Assembly: GCA_963676795.2 (NCBI GenBank)
Contig: CAXXTB010000001.1
Span: forward strand, 992,001 to 1,056,000
DNA: 64,000 bases
Source: Geopsychrobacteraceae bacterium
Lineage (GTDB): Bacteria; Desulfobacterota; Desulfuromonadia; Desulfuromonadales; Geopsychrobacteraceae
Direction of reading: 5' to 3'
How positions within the stretch are numbered: the stretch's first letter is position 1; every line of letters starts with the position of its first letter. Both the position numbers and the translations under genes were made by a program. The notes beneath the pieces are model-generated. The model was given only the letters and a program-made list of their open reading frames with translations, was not told where the DNA came from and searched no databases. This document shows, in pieces, positions 31,969-41,523 of the stretch.

Positions 31969-33609
31969 TTACTTTTTACTGACCGGCCGCACACGTGGCA
32001 GGTGGATCAGATGCCAGGGGCTTGGCATGTCGCCCACGGGGATCTCGATGACGGTCGGTCCCTCTGTGTAGCTGAACCCTTTGCGCAGTGCGGAGGACAG
32101 CTCTTCTGGGGTCTTTGCCCGCAACCCCTGAGCTCCGAAGTTCTCCGCAAACTTGACGAAATCGGGGTTGTGCAGGTCGGTGGCGATGACCCGATTGCCA
32201 TATTTCTGAATCTGGGCGCGCTGGACATTGCCATAGGCATTGTTGTTGAAGATCAAGGTGACGGTCGCGATCTTGTGCTGGACCGCTGTTGCCAGTTCCG
32301 AGGAGGCGAACAGGAAACCGCCATCACCACTGATCGAGACCACCTGCTTGTCCGGGTTGGCCACCTTGACCCCCAGCGCCGTCGGGAAGCCGTAGCCCAG
32401 GGTCCCCTGGTATCCAGCGGTAATAAAGGTGCGTGGGGTGTAGAACGGCATGGCGATACGGGTCGCATAGGCCATCTGGGTTGACTCGCCGACAATGAAG
32501 CCGTCATCCGGGAGTTCGGCACGAATCGCTTTGATATAACCGATCTGCGGGGAAAGCTTGTCGTATTCGGCCTGTAACTGGGCCTTGATGGCCCCCAGCT
32601 CGTCCTGTCTGGAGCTGCGGCGCTGGTTATAGCGTCCTACACTGTTCACAATCGAGGCAAGTGCCGGTTTGGCCTCTGATTCGATGCCGACACTCGGTTT
32701 GCCGTTGCGGTCGATCTCGTCCTGATCAACATCGATGCGGACGATCTTAAGTTCGTCCTCAATGCCCCAATCGCGATACTGTCCGTAGAGTCTGGTGCCG
32801 ACCGCCAGTACGGCATCTGCTTTGGCCCAGACGTGATAGCCTTCGGTTTCATTCAACGCCAGGTAATGGCGGGCACTGACCGCCCCCGAACCGCTACGGG
32901 TCATGATGACCGGGGCCTGAAGGATCTCGGCCAGTTCCAGCAGTTCCGCCTCGGCGCCGAAAATGCCGCCACCACAGACAATCACCGGGTAGTTTGCTTT
33001 GCCGAGAATTTCTGCGGCCTGATCGATCAGCTCCTGATTGAGTTCTGTTGGCGCGGGAGGTTCCGCCGCCTTAAGGAGTTCTACCTCGGCTTCCATGGCC
33101 ATGATGTCGGGAGCCATTTCAATTCCGACCGGTCTTCTGATCCCGCTGGCGAGTTCTTTGAAAGCCTGATCGACGATCTGTGGTGCCAGAGAGGGGTGCT
33201 CGATGCGTGCCGCCCACTTGGTCAGGTTGCGCAGTATTCCGAGCTGATCGGTGATTTCATGGTGGGCGCCGAAATTTTTGCCGATCAGCTGCGACGGGAT
33301 CTGGCCGGTGATACAGAGAACCGGGGCATAAGCCGCGTAGGCAGAAGCCAGGGCCGCCGAGGAATTGAGCAGGCCCGGTCCCGGGACGACAGCATAAGCA
33401 CCGACACGCCCCGAAGATTTGGCATAGCCCATGGCCATGTAGGCGCAGCCCTGTTCATGGCGGCTGTGAATGACGCGGATGTCGTCTTTTGCGTCATAGA
33501 GGGCGACAAAAAGCTGGTCAAGTTGGACGCCTGGAAGGCCGAACAGGGTGTCTACCCCATGTTGTTTCAACGATTGAACGATAGCGTTGCCGCCAGTCAT
33601 GTGGGCCAT
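31969..33609 (-). CDS. Thiamine pyrophosphate-dependent enzyme (acetolactate synthase large-subunit-like family)
   Basis: FGLPG, RHEQ, PGPG, GDGG...NNNAYG ThDP motif. Confidence 0.9.
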   Translation of the reverse strand: MAHMTGGNAIVQSLKQHGVDTLFGLPGVQLDQLFVALYDAKDDIRVIHSRHEQGCAYMAMGYAKSSGRVGAYAVVPGPGLLNSSAALASAYAAYAPVLCITGQIPSQLIGKNFGAHHEITDQLGILRNLTKWAARIEHPSLAPQIVDQAFKELASGIRRPVGIEMAPDIMAMEAEVELLKAAEPPAPTELNQELIDQAAEILGKANYPVIVCGGGIFGAEAELLELAEILQAPVIMTRSGSGAVSARHYLALNETEGYHVWAKADAVLAVGTRLYGQYRDWGIEDELKIVRIDVDQDEIDRNGKPSVGIESEAKPALASIVNSVGRYNQRRSSRQDELGAIKAQLQAEYDKLSPQIGYIKAIRAELPDDGFIVGESTQMAYATRIAMPFYTPRTFITAGYQGTLGYGFPTALGVKVANPDKQVVSISGDGGFLFASSELATAVQHKIATVTLIFNNNAYGNVQRAQIQKYGNRVIATDLHNPDFVKFAENFGAQGLRAKTPEELSSALRKGFSYTEGPTVIEIPVGDMPSPWHLIHLPRVRPVSKK

Positions 33610-33676
33610 GAGTATCTCCTGTTAGGTATCTGGTGTAAGAGCCGCTAGTCTATCTATCATCAGTGAAGACCACTTG

Positions 33677-34636
33677 TTAGGATACAACAGATTGTGGAGC
33701 TTCTCCCTCCACAACCCGCTGGATATTCTCCCAGGCAAATTCGATTCTGCGGAACCACCCTTCATAGGCGTGGCCGCCAACGTGGGGGGTGAGCACGACA
33801 TTCTCCAGTTCGAGTAGCGGATTGTCGCTTTCAATCGGTTCCTTCGCAAAGACATCCAGACCGGCCCCGAGAATTTTCCCCTCAACCAGCGCCTCGACCA
33901 GCGCCGGCGTATCAATAGCGTTACCCCGGCTGGTATTGAGGATGACGGCGGAAGGTTTCATCAGTTTCAGGGTTTCGGCGTTGATCATATGATAGGTTTC
34001 CGGTGTTGCCGGAACATGCAGGCTGACAATGTCCGCCTGTTTAAGCAGCTCATTGACACTGGCGGCGCGGCGGGCGCCATACTTAGTTTCCAGTTCCGGA
34101 GCGGCAACGACATCGTAATAGATGATATTGACGTCAAAGCCGGACAGGCGGGCTGCAACCTTGCGGCCGATTTTCCCGGCACCGATAAGACCCAGGATTT
34201 TTCCGGAGACCTCAAAGGTGTTAAAGCCGTTGATCGGCTTGCGCCAGCTTCCTTCGCGTACGGATCGGTCGCAGGCCGGAATGCGTTTATAGAGGGAGAG
34301 GAGCAGGCCGACCGTATGGTCAGCTACGGCGTGGGCATTGGCACCGCCATTGGTGGCGACCGGAATTCCCAGCTCTTTGGCCAGGTCGAGGTTGATTTCA
34401 TCATAACCGGCGGTCAGCAGCTGGATCAGGCGGAGTTTTTTTGCCGCCCGCATCAGATCATCAGAAAGTGCCGCCGGGTGAAGGATCAGGTATTCAGCCT
34501 CTGCGATCGGGGCTAGCTTCTTCTCTTCCGGACTCTTCTTGAATATCCAGTTGGTCGTGTAGCCTTCAGGAGCAGCCTGCTCAAATATGCCCGCAACCCA
34601 CTCATTCTGGCCGTTGATGAAAAGCGTATTGTTCAT
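33677..34636 (-). CDS. D-isomer-specific 2-hydroxyacid dehydrogenase family protein
   Basis: GAGKIG, NTSRG, DVFAKEP, TPHVGG motifs. Confidence 0.9.
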   Translation of the reverse strand: MNNTLFINGQNEWVAGIFEQAAPEGYTTNWIFKKSPEEKKLAPIAEAEYLILHPAALSDDLMRAAKKLRLIQLLTAGYDEINLDLAKELGIPVATNGGANAHAVADHTVGLLLSLYKRIPACDRSVREGSWRKPINGFNTFEVSGKILGLIGAGKIGRKVAARLSGFDVNIIYYDVVAAPELETKYGARRAASVNELLKQADIVSLHVPATPETYHMINAETLKLMKPSAVILNTSRGNAIDTPALVEALVEGKILGAGLDVFAKEPIESDNPLLELENVVLTPHVGGHAYEGWFRRIEFAWENIQRVVEGEAPQSVVS

Positions 34637-34887
34637 AGACGATCCCCTTGCAATGCCAATGACCCTGTATATCCAGCGGCGGCGGCAGTTAAGATGGCTA
34701 TTTCAAGATTTTCGCATCGTTCCGAGGTCCTTGTCGGGAAGGCGTGTCAGTATCAGCTCGAGCGACCTCGACAGAACTGTCATTTTCCTGAGATATCAAA
34801 GGTTAACAGCGCTGGACTGGTGCGATAGTGACAGTGTCCGCAGCTTTGTTACGACTGAGTTATTGATTAGCATTTTGGCGTTATATA

Positions 34888-34930
34888 AGTCAAATGAATG
34901 ATTTTCATATATAGCATTTGAATAGTGAAT
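34888..34930 (-). promoter_or_regulatory. LysR-type motif copy D (toward 2-hydroxyacid DH/ThDP enzyme)
   Basis: AGTCAAATGAATGATTTTCATAT...ATTTGAATAGTGAAT on the + strand. Confidence 0.7.
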
Positions 34931-34941
34931 GGTGGGGGCGT

Positions 34942-36240
34942 TTAAATTCTGGATTTTCCATCTTCTTTCATGGCATCGCTGATCCGGTAGTTGCGCAGGT
35001 TGCGGCTGAAGATCATGATCAGCACGACAATGGCGGCTGCGCCAGAGCTCATGATGATTGTCACCAGACGCGGGCTGCCGATGAGATCGCAGCCGATTCC
35101 GGCAAACAGACAGCCCATTGGAGCCAGTAGGCTGTTCAGGTTGACCATGGCCGTCAGCCGTCCGCGCATGTGATCCGGGATGGTCAGCTGAATCAGTGTC
35201 TGGTTGGTTGCAATGAAAATCATTTCAAAAAAACCTGCCAGTGTCAGGCACACAAGAGCCGGTAGCAACGTCGGGCTCAGGGCAAAACCGATCAGGCTGC
35301 AGCTCAGCAGGAAGAGTGCTGCGAGCAGCAGCCGGCCGCGGTAGTCAAAATTGACCAGGGAGGTTGTCACGAACCCGCCGACCACGCCGCCGACACCGAC
35401 CGCGGCAGTCAGGAGCCCCTGAGTGTCAGCGCCACCATGAAAGATGTCCTTGGCATAGATGGCCGGCATGATGAGAAAGGTCGGGATAATAAAGAAAGGC
35501 AGTATGAAGCCGGTAAACATGAAGGCGCGCAGGGTTCGTGTCTGGATAATATAGAGCAGTCCTTCCTTGATCCCGTGGAGGGGCGATTTTTTGGCGGCCG
35601 GCGTTGTGCGTTGCGGATAGCTGATGTTGATGACGATCACGATGATCAGCGCATAAATCCCGGCCAGGATCAGAAAATTAACGCCGACTCCGAACCAGAG
35701 GATGAGAAAACCGCCTATCCCGGGGCCGAATGAGCGCATCAGGGCCCAGCCGGTTTGAACTATAGAGACTGAATTAGGTGTCAGCTGGCGCGGGACCAGG
35801 TCGAAGATAGCGACCTGCTGCATCGTCTGGTCAACCGTCTGGGCCAGGCCGAAGAGCAGGGTGAAGGCAAACAGGATGGTTAATTCATAATGGCCGGAAA
35901 GCAGGATGATTCCCAGCGCGAAATTGAGCAGGAAGCGCCAGAAGTTGAGCAGCAGTAGCGTTTTTTTGCGGTCGTACTTGTCGATCAGCAGGCCGGCCAG
36001 CGGTATGATGCTGATTGAGGCAAGCGAACGCAACAGGTTGATTGAGCCTAAAATCGTTCCCGATTCAGTCAGGTGATAAACCAGCCAGCTCATGGCCACA
36101 ACCTGGGTCCATGTGGCAGCATTGACAAAAACGGTTCCGGTTAGCAAAAACCTGAAATTACGAATCCGTAACGCTGCATAAGCGCCTGGCTTTTCGGCCT
36201 TTGGACTCTCGTTCATGTCATCTTCCGCCGCTGATTTCAT
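34942..36240 (-). CDS. MFS transporter (MFS_3-like); start uncertain (36240 or 36216)
   Basis: GLLIDKYDRKK motif A; 12 TM; paralog of 19036-20283. Confidence 0.82.
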   Translation of the reverse strand: MKSAAEDDMNESPKAEKPGAYAALRIRNFRFLLTGTVFVNAATWTQVVAMSWLVYHLTESGTILGSINLLRSLASISIIPLAGLLIDKYDRKKTLLLLNFWRFLLNFALGIILLSGHYELTILFAFTLLFGLAQTVDQTMQQVAIFDLVPRQLTPNSVSIVQTGWALMRSFGPGIGGFLILWFGVGVNFLILAGIYALIIVIVINISYPQRTTPAAKKSPLHGIKEGLLYIIQTRTLRAFMFTGFILPFFIIPTFLIMPAIYAKDIFHGGADTQGLLTAAVGVGGVVGGFVTTSLVNFDYRGRLLLAALFLLSCSLIGFALSPTLLPALVCLTLAGFFEMIFIATNQTLIQLTIPDHMRGRLTAMVNLNSLLAPMGCLFAGIGCDLIGSPRLVTIIMSSGAAAIVVLIMIFSRNLRNYRISDAMKEDGKSRI

Positions 36241-36466
36241 GGGGACCTGTTTTGATAAGTCGTTATAGTGATCCGGTCGATTGGCTGGCAAAAAAGAGAG
36301 AAAGGCAGCTCTGACGGGCTTTGCCGCAGCTGTTGCAGAATGGCAACCCGGACTGTGGCAACAGAATCGGCCAGCCTCCTGATTAAGTGAAAAAAAGACA
36401 GCCAGCCGCGGTGTATCGGCCGGCCGGCTGTCAATTCCACCTGAAGCAATGGTGAATCAGCTTCTG

Positions 36467-36892
36467 TTACCCGATAGCGGCAACAGCGATCTGGCCGATT
36501 TCACCGTCACTGTGGCCGGCACCGCTGATGGCCACGCCGCCGACCAGCTGGCCGTCGACCTTGATCGGAATCCCCCCTTCCAGGGTGACCATCTTGTCCA
36601 TCCCGGCGGCCATGGTGATCGCCAGGGCATGGTGGTCGCTCCGCTCGTTCCCCGCCTTGCTCGACTTGCCGCTCGGATGACCGGTAAATGCGGCGCAACG
36701 TGCCTTGTTCTGGGCGACGCTGATGGTCGTTACCGAGGCGCCATCCATCCGCGCAAAGGCGATCAGGTTGCCGCCGACATCCACAACGGCGACCCCGATC
36801 TTGCGCCCTTTGGCTTTGGCTTCTTCCAGCGCGGCTTCAATAATCTTGTTGGCGCCTTCCAGCGTCAGTTTCAATGTCGGTACTGTGTACAT
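36467..36892 (-). CDS. GlcG/HbpS-like heme-binding protein (DUF336)
   Basis: VAVVDVGGNLIAFARMDGA, NKA, GGIPI..GGVAISG motifs. Confidence 0.9.
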   Translation of the reverse strand: MYTVPTLKLTLEGANKIIEAALEEAKAKGRKIGVAVVDVGGNLIAFARMDGASVTTISVAQNKARCAAFTGHPSGKSSKAGNERSDHHALAITMAAGMDKMVTLEGGIPIKVDGQLVGGVAISGAGHSDGEIGQIAVAAIG

Positions 36893-36977
36893 GGCTTTCC
36901 TCCCCGTTTGCTTCTAGTTGATGAAAAACCCTGTGCCGCGACCACCTGTGGCCGCGACACACTGCCTCTTGAATCAA

Positions 36978-38234
36978 TTACACCATCGCCTTGGAGCTTT
37001 TCGAGACCTTCTTGAGGATCTCTTCGAATTCCGCTTCCTTGACATACTTGCGCGGCAGCTTGACGGTGATATCTTCCTTGATCAGCTGCTGGACGGTCTC
37101 ACGCACCTTGACAACATCCTCAGCCGTGTAGGGCAGCCCCAGTTCCTTGAACTTCCATTCGATCGGCTCGGGGTCCAGGCTGGCTTTCGGACCGAAGACG
37201 ATATTGTCGTGGCAGCCGACGACTTCAGGGTTGAGCGCTTCGGCAGACTGCCAGGATTCGGTGGCCATGTTCTTGCCGTCCCAGATGTACATCGGACGCA
37301 GGAAGGCGTTCTCGCCGGAGATCGCTTTGTGCGACTGGATCGGCAGCTTGCCGATCTCGATCGCTTTCTGCGAATACTTGCTGAGCATTTCCAGATTCAG
37401 GCCGGTGTCGATGCCGTAGAGCGCCTCAAGACCGACGGCGACTTCTTCGAGGGCGGCGTTGCCGGCGTCATCGCCGTAGCCGTTGATGGCGACATCGACT
37501 TCGGTGGCGCCCCCTTCACAGGCGGCCAGCGAGTTGGCGGTGGCCATCCCGTAGTTGTTGTGGCAGTGGGCCTTCATCGGGAAGCCTTCCGGAAGCAGGT
37601 TCTTGACCGTCGAGGAAAGGTAGCGCATGACGGCAGGGGTGGCGACCCCGAAGGTGTCGTTGACCGAGGCTTTGTCGGCTCCCGCTGCAAGACCGGTCTT
37701 GTAGACCTTCTTGATCAGCTCCATGTCGACCCGGAAGGTATCCGACAGCGACCAGCAGACATCGGTCTTGTACTGGGAATGGACGTATTCGACCATCGGC
37801 GGGAAGACTTCGAGCTGCTTGAGAATCGCCTCTTCGTTGAGCGCCATAATGACGATACGGATATTGGTCGCGCCCGATTCCATGCAGATGTCGGTCGCCT
37901 TCTTGTAGTCCATCGTCGTATTGGCGAAGAAGCGGGCGGTTCTGCGGACGTTCAGACCGGAGGCGGCGGCCGCCTTGGCGAATTCAAGCTGGTGAGGGTG
38001 CATCGACGGGCCGCCGATATCGATCTCTTCGACGCCCATCTCAACGGCGATGTGAAGCAGTTCCATCTTTTCGGCGACACTCAAGGTGAAGCCCGGGCAG
38101 TCATCCCCTTCGCGGAAAGTGACGTCTCGAATCCCGACCTTCTTCGGCAGCAGCGGCATCTGCTTGCGCACCTCGGGATCCCAGCCCAGATAAGACACAT
38201 ACCATTTTCCGTCGACAAACCATGGATGATCCAT
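36978..38234 (-). CDS. DRE-TIM metallolyase, homocitrate/isopropylmalate synthase-like (no LeuA allosteric domain)
   Basis: DVTFREG, DTFG, HCHNNYGMATAN, AGNAALEE, KAISGENAF motifs. Confidence 0.8.
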   Translation of the reverse strand: MDHPWFVDGKWYVSYLGWDPEVRKQMPLLPKKVGIRDVTFREGDDCPGFTLSVAEKMELLHIAVEMGVEEIDIGGPSMHPHQLEFAKAAAASGLNVRRTARFFANTTMDYKKATDICMESGATNIRIVIMALNEEAILKQLEVFPPMVEYVHSQYKTDVCWSLSDTFRVDMELIKKVYKTGLAAGADKASVNDTFGVATPAVMRYLSSTVKNLLPEGFPMKAHCHNNYGMATANSLAACEGGATEVDVAINGYGDDAGNAALEEVAVGLEALYGIDTGLNLEMLSKYSQKAIEIGKLPIQSHKAISGENAFLRPMYIWDGKNMATESWQSAEALNPEVVGCHDNIVFGPKASLDPEPIEWKFKELGLPYTAEDVVKVRETVQQLIKEDITVKLPRKYVKEAEFEEILKKVSKSSKAMV

Positions 38235-38365
38235 AAGAAACTCCCTTTGTAGTGGTTAAAATTCTGTATGCGATCGTCTTATTCGCTCTGAGCAATAAGA
38301 CTGCTGAAGCCGGGACTGATTTTTTTGGAAGCTGCCTGTTTCTTCTTGACTAATTGTTTGGTCAG

Positions 38366-38431
38366 ATAGTATTAGTCGATCAAATATAAGTCAAATGAAT
38401 GGTTTTAATGATTATAATTACATTTTCTGAT
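38366..38431 (-). promoter_or_regulatory. LysR-type motif copy E in the divergent LysR/synthase intergenic region
   Basis: ATCAGAAAATGTAAT dyad, then CATTCATTTGACT, 17 nt, TACTAT (minus strand); dyad lies just upstream of the LysR start. Confidence 0.75.
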
Positions 38432-38445
38432 GAAGGGTGGTTGAT

Positions 38446-39330
38446 ATGGACATTCGGCATTTGAGAACCCTCGTTGCTATCGTCGAATATGGAACCTTTG
38501 GTGCTGCCGGAGATGCGGTTTACTTGAGTCAGTCGGCGGTCAGTCAACAGGTGAGAGCCATCGAGGAATTTCTTGGTTTCAAGATTTTTGACCGCACAGT
38601 CCGCCCCCCAGCCTTGACTGCACGCGGAGCGATCCTGCTTGATGGGGCCAAGAAGATCGTGACGGCTTATGATGAGACGATTCAGTCTCTGACCGGCGAT
38701 CGACCTTCAGGACAGCTGATGCTGGGAGCGATCAGGGCCAGCTTTAAGAGCGTCTTGCCTAAAGCGTTGGCCATCTTGCGAGACCGCTATCCTGATTTGC
38801 ACGTCCATGTTCAGACAGCGGTTTCGAAAGACCTTGTTGCCAGTGTCGAGGCTGGTGCCCTTGATGCGGCGATTATCGCGAGTGGTCGCGAATTGAAGAA
38901 AAATTTATGTTGGCTGCCCTATACGAACGAGCATTTCGTGGTTTTGGCTGACCTGCATGCCAAGGGGCAAACGGACAAAGAGCTGCTGGAGAACTCGCCC
39001 TATATCCGCTATTTTAGTAACTCATCTGCCGCATTTATGATTGATAAGGAATTGGATCGCAGAAACATTTCTGTTCATTCCAGAATAGACATTGACGCCT
39101 TGGAGCCTATTGTCGGTCTTGTTGAGCAGGGGCTTGGCGTTTCCATTGTGCCTGAGCCGGTTGGGAGTACCCTGCTTTCTTCCAAGATTCGCCGAATTCC
39201 ATTCGGTGAGCCTCACCTGGTCAGGCAGTTAGGTATCGTTTACCAGCAGACATCGACCAAGGAGAAGGTGATTTCATTGCTTCACAACGAGCTGCATAAG
39301 CTCAGCGGTTATCCGGAGTTCTCTGATTGA
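38446..39330 (+). CDS. LysR-family transcriptional regulator (alternative GTG start 38437)
   Basis: HTH LSQSAVSQQVRAIEE..IFDR; C-terminal LVEQGLGVSIVP. Confidence 0.95.
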   Translation: MDIRHLRTLVAIVEYGTFGAAGDAVYLSQSAVSQQVRAIEEFLGFKIFDRTVRPPALTARGAILLDGAKKIVTAYDETIQSLTGDRPSGQLMLGAIRASFKSVLPKALAILRDRYPDLHVHVQTAVSKDLVASVEAGALDAAIIASGRELKKNLCWLPYTNEHFVVLADLHAKGQTDKELLENSPYIRYFSNSSAAFMIDKELDRRNISVHSRIDIDALEPIVGLVEQGLGVSIVPEPVGSTLLSSKIRRIPFGEPHLVRQLGIVYQQTSTKEKVISLLHNELHKLSGYPEFSD

Positions 39331-39527
39331 TCTGCGCGGATGGTGCTTGCTGAGGGTCGCGATGAGCTGGAGAAGGTCGTACGCTCCCGGATCATGAGAG
39401 TCGGGCATTAAGCTAGAGAATGACTCGTGCGAAAGACGAGGGTTTTGATCTGAACGGATGAGCATTTCCTGCTGCCGCACCTGGATGTAGACGTTGATCG
39501 GGCGGTAGCAAGAATCACTCATTGATC

Positions 39528-39761
39528 TCAGATGGACAGATTCGCATTGATCACTTTGTCATTCAGTTCGAGCATCGCCAATCTGACGGCTTCCTGGTTG
39601 GTTGGTGCTTCTGCGAAAATTCGTTCCAGTTTTCTGGCTTTTTCCAGTGAAAAAAGGATGTCTGCGGCAAATTTCTTTACCGCTTCAAACGGACGAGCAA
39701 TCGTACGAAATCCAGTCGAAAAGAAATTGTCAGCAGTGCTGACTTGTTGATTTGTATTCAT
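39528..39761 (-). CDS. Small hypothetical protein (77 aa)
   Basis: AAGGAG RBS before ATG 39761; isolated ORF; family not recognised. Confidence 0.55.
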   Translation of the reverse strand: MNTNQQVSTADNFFSTGFRTIARPFEAVKKFAADILFSLEKARKLERIFAEAPTNQEAVRLAMLELNDKVINANLSI

Positions 39762-40154
39762 GGTTTTTCTCCTTTTTGTATTGTTACCTTTTTGGTAATG
39801 ATAGGCCAACGCCACCTAAATAGGGTAGTGCTTGTTCAACAACAACCTTTTCGCAAATAAACAAGACCTGGAAAAGAAGGTTGAATGTGCCGGAGGTGGG
39901 GTAAGTCTTTGGTTTTATTGTGAAATAAAATATTTTCTGCCGTGGGTAGAACGCATCGTTGGTTACTACTATTGGACAGGTTGGTAAAGGTCACCAAACG
40001 GTACGGATAATAATTCGATTTGTCCTAAAGGTCAATCGTGGAAAGCAATACAGTCATAGACTATTGCATGTTCTCAGGTTTTCGCCATTATTTTGTGGCT
40101 GAATCGTCACCAGTCCTTTCGTCTCAGATGTTAAAAAGTTATAGTATTTTCCCG

Positions 40155-40952
40155 TCATTTCTCTTTGTTAAGAAACGCCTCGATAGAGGCTCGATGTTCG
40201 GCAGATGTGTAGCAGATTGCCTGAGATCTGCCTCCGAGGGAGAAAATCTCTTCCAGGCTGGTTTCATATGTCTCATTGAGGATTGTTTTTCCCAGAGCCA
40301 GTGCCGTTGCAGAGCTTTCCTTGAATTCTTGGGCCCAGGAAACCGCTTTCGAGATTAACCCCTCAAGGGGGGCTATTCGGTCGACCAGCCCTATGACAAG
40401 TGCTTCGTCGGTCTGGACTTTACGACCTGAATAGATCAAATCCTTGGCGCGAGCAAGACCGATCCTGCGTGGTAACAAATAGAGCGAACCGCCATCTGGG
40501 ATAAGGCCTCGCTGCAGATAGCTGATGGCAAAAAAGGCACTTTCAGCAGCCAGGACAAAGTCACAGGCTAGCGCCAGGTCGGCACCTAGTCCGACGGCCG
40601 CGCCGTTTACCGCGGCGATGGTCGGCTTCTGAAAATTGTAAATACAGGAGATTGCCATATGGGTACGCGTCTGGCGATTCCAGCCATTAAAGGCGACCTT
40701 TCCGGGAGGAGCGTCTAGACGAGCGCGCATGGCTGCCACGTCGCCACCGGCACAGAAACATTTTCCAGCGCCGGTGATAACTACCGCATGAATGTTGGGA
40801 TCAACCTCGAGGTCGAACATCACTGAAATAAGGCGTTCGCGCAGGGCATCGTCTATGGCGTTGCGGGTCTCCGGTCGGTTAAGCGTAACGATTGCTACGC
40901 CATCAAGGACTGTGTGTAGAATTTCTGGGTCTGTTGTTTTGTTGTGCGGCAT
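40155..40952 (-). CDS. Enoyl-CoA hydratase/isomerase (crotonase) family protein
   Basis: TLNRPETRNA, FCAGGD, AAVNGAAVGLG, GLIPDGG motifs. Confidence 0.92.
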   Translation of the reverse strand: MPHNKTTDPEILHTVLDGVAIVTLNRPETRNAIDDALRERLISVMFDLEVDPNIHAVVITGAGKCFCAGGDVAAMRARLDAPPGKVAFNGWNRQTRTHMAISCIYNFQKPTIAAVNGAAVGLGADLALACDFVLAAESAFFAISYLQRGLIPDGGSLYLLPRRIGLARAKDLIYSGRKVQTDEALVIGLVDRIAPLEGLISKAVSWAQEFKESSATALALGKTILNETYETSLEEIFSLGGRSQAICYTSAEHRASIEAFLNKEK

Positions 40953-41300
40953 GTGGTCTCCTTGATAGCGTTTGTTTTTTACCAGCACATCTGGGTTCGT
41001 CGTTATCCTCAGAGGATTATTTTATCGCAGTTTTCCTGTTATTCGTTGATGTCGTATTTTTCGGGAGCTGTTGTAGTTATATATCCTGTCAAAAAGCTGG
41101 GTATTGATTTCTCTTCTAGTGCAGTACTCGCTGAATCGCTGTTGGCTGAGTAATAAAGCAGATAACGTTTCCACGCAAAAACTATTTAGTTTCAGCAATA
41201 GAGACAAACAATTCAGGTTGACGTGACATCATGATCTTCAATTTTCATAACGGGGGTCGCCTGTCCTGTTGTTTTGTCGATGCTTTCCTGCAATTGTGCG

Positions 41301-41329
41301 ATGGTTACGACGAGAGCCGTCGTAACCAT
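41301..41329 (-). terminator. Stem-loop immediately 3' of tRNA-Sec
   Basis: ATGGTTACGACG-AGAGC-CGTCGTAACCAT 12-bp stem. Confidence 0.6.
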
Positions 41330-41334
41330 AAATT

Positions 41335-41430
41335 TGGCGGAGATAGATGTGAATCGAACACACCAGAGACGGGATACGCCTCCCATCGGTTTTGAAGACC
41401 GTGAGCCTCACCAGAAGACTGACTACCTCC
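41335..41430 (-). tRNA. selC: tRNA-Sec (anticodon UCA)
   Basis: 96 nt GGAGGUAG...CUAUCUCC-G-CCA; 8-bp acceptor and 5-bp T stem, long D stem, CUUCAAA anticodon loop, long variable arm, UUCGAUU T loop. Confidence 0.93.
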
Positions 41431-41523
41431 ATGTTTCCCTTTATATGTGTCGCTGTGGCTGCTTTAGCTGACTTAGAATAACTGGCAAATAGTTGTGCTC
41501 CTCATGTTGAAGGTAGAAATTGA

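Noticed and set aside
36918..38252. Long antisense/shadow ORFs (444 aa here; also 1384-2448, 3617-4642, 19211-20188, 30565-31470, 32833-33648)
   Set aside because: Each overlaps a well-supported gene and has no recognisable motifs; expected from GC-rich codon bias
39274..39522. 82-aa ORF overlapping the LysR 3' end
   Set aside because: No RBS or recognisable motif; overlaps a convergent gene
39813..39830. CACCTAAATAGGGTAGTG as a fourth copy of the 55-bp motif
   Set aside because: Different length and no extended -10 at the conserved spacing
41200..41430. selC as the attachment site of an integrated element
   Set aside because: No integrase nearby and I found no duplicate of the tRNA 3' end in the window; cannot be excluded outside it
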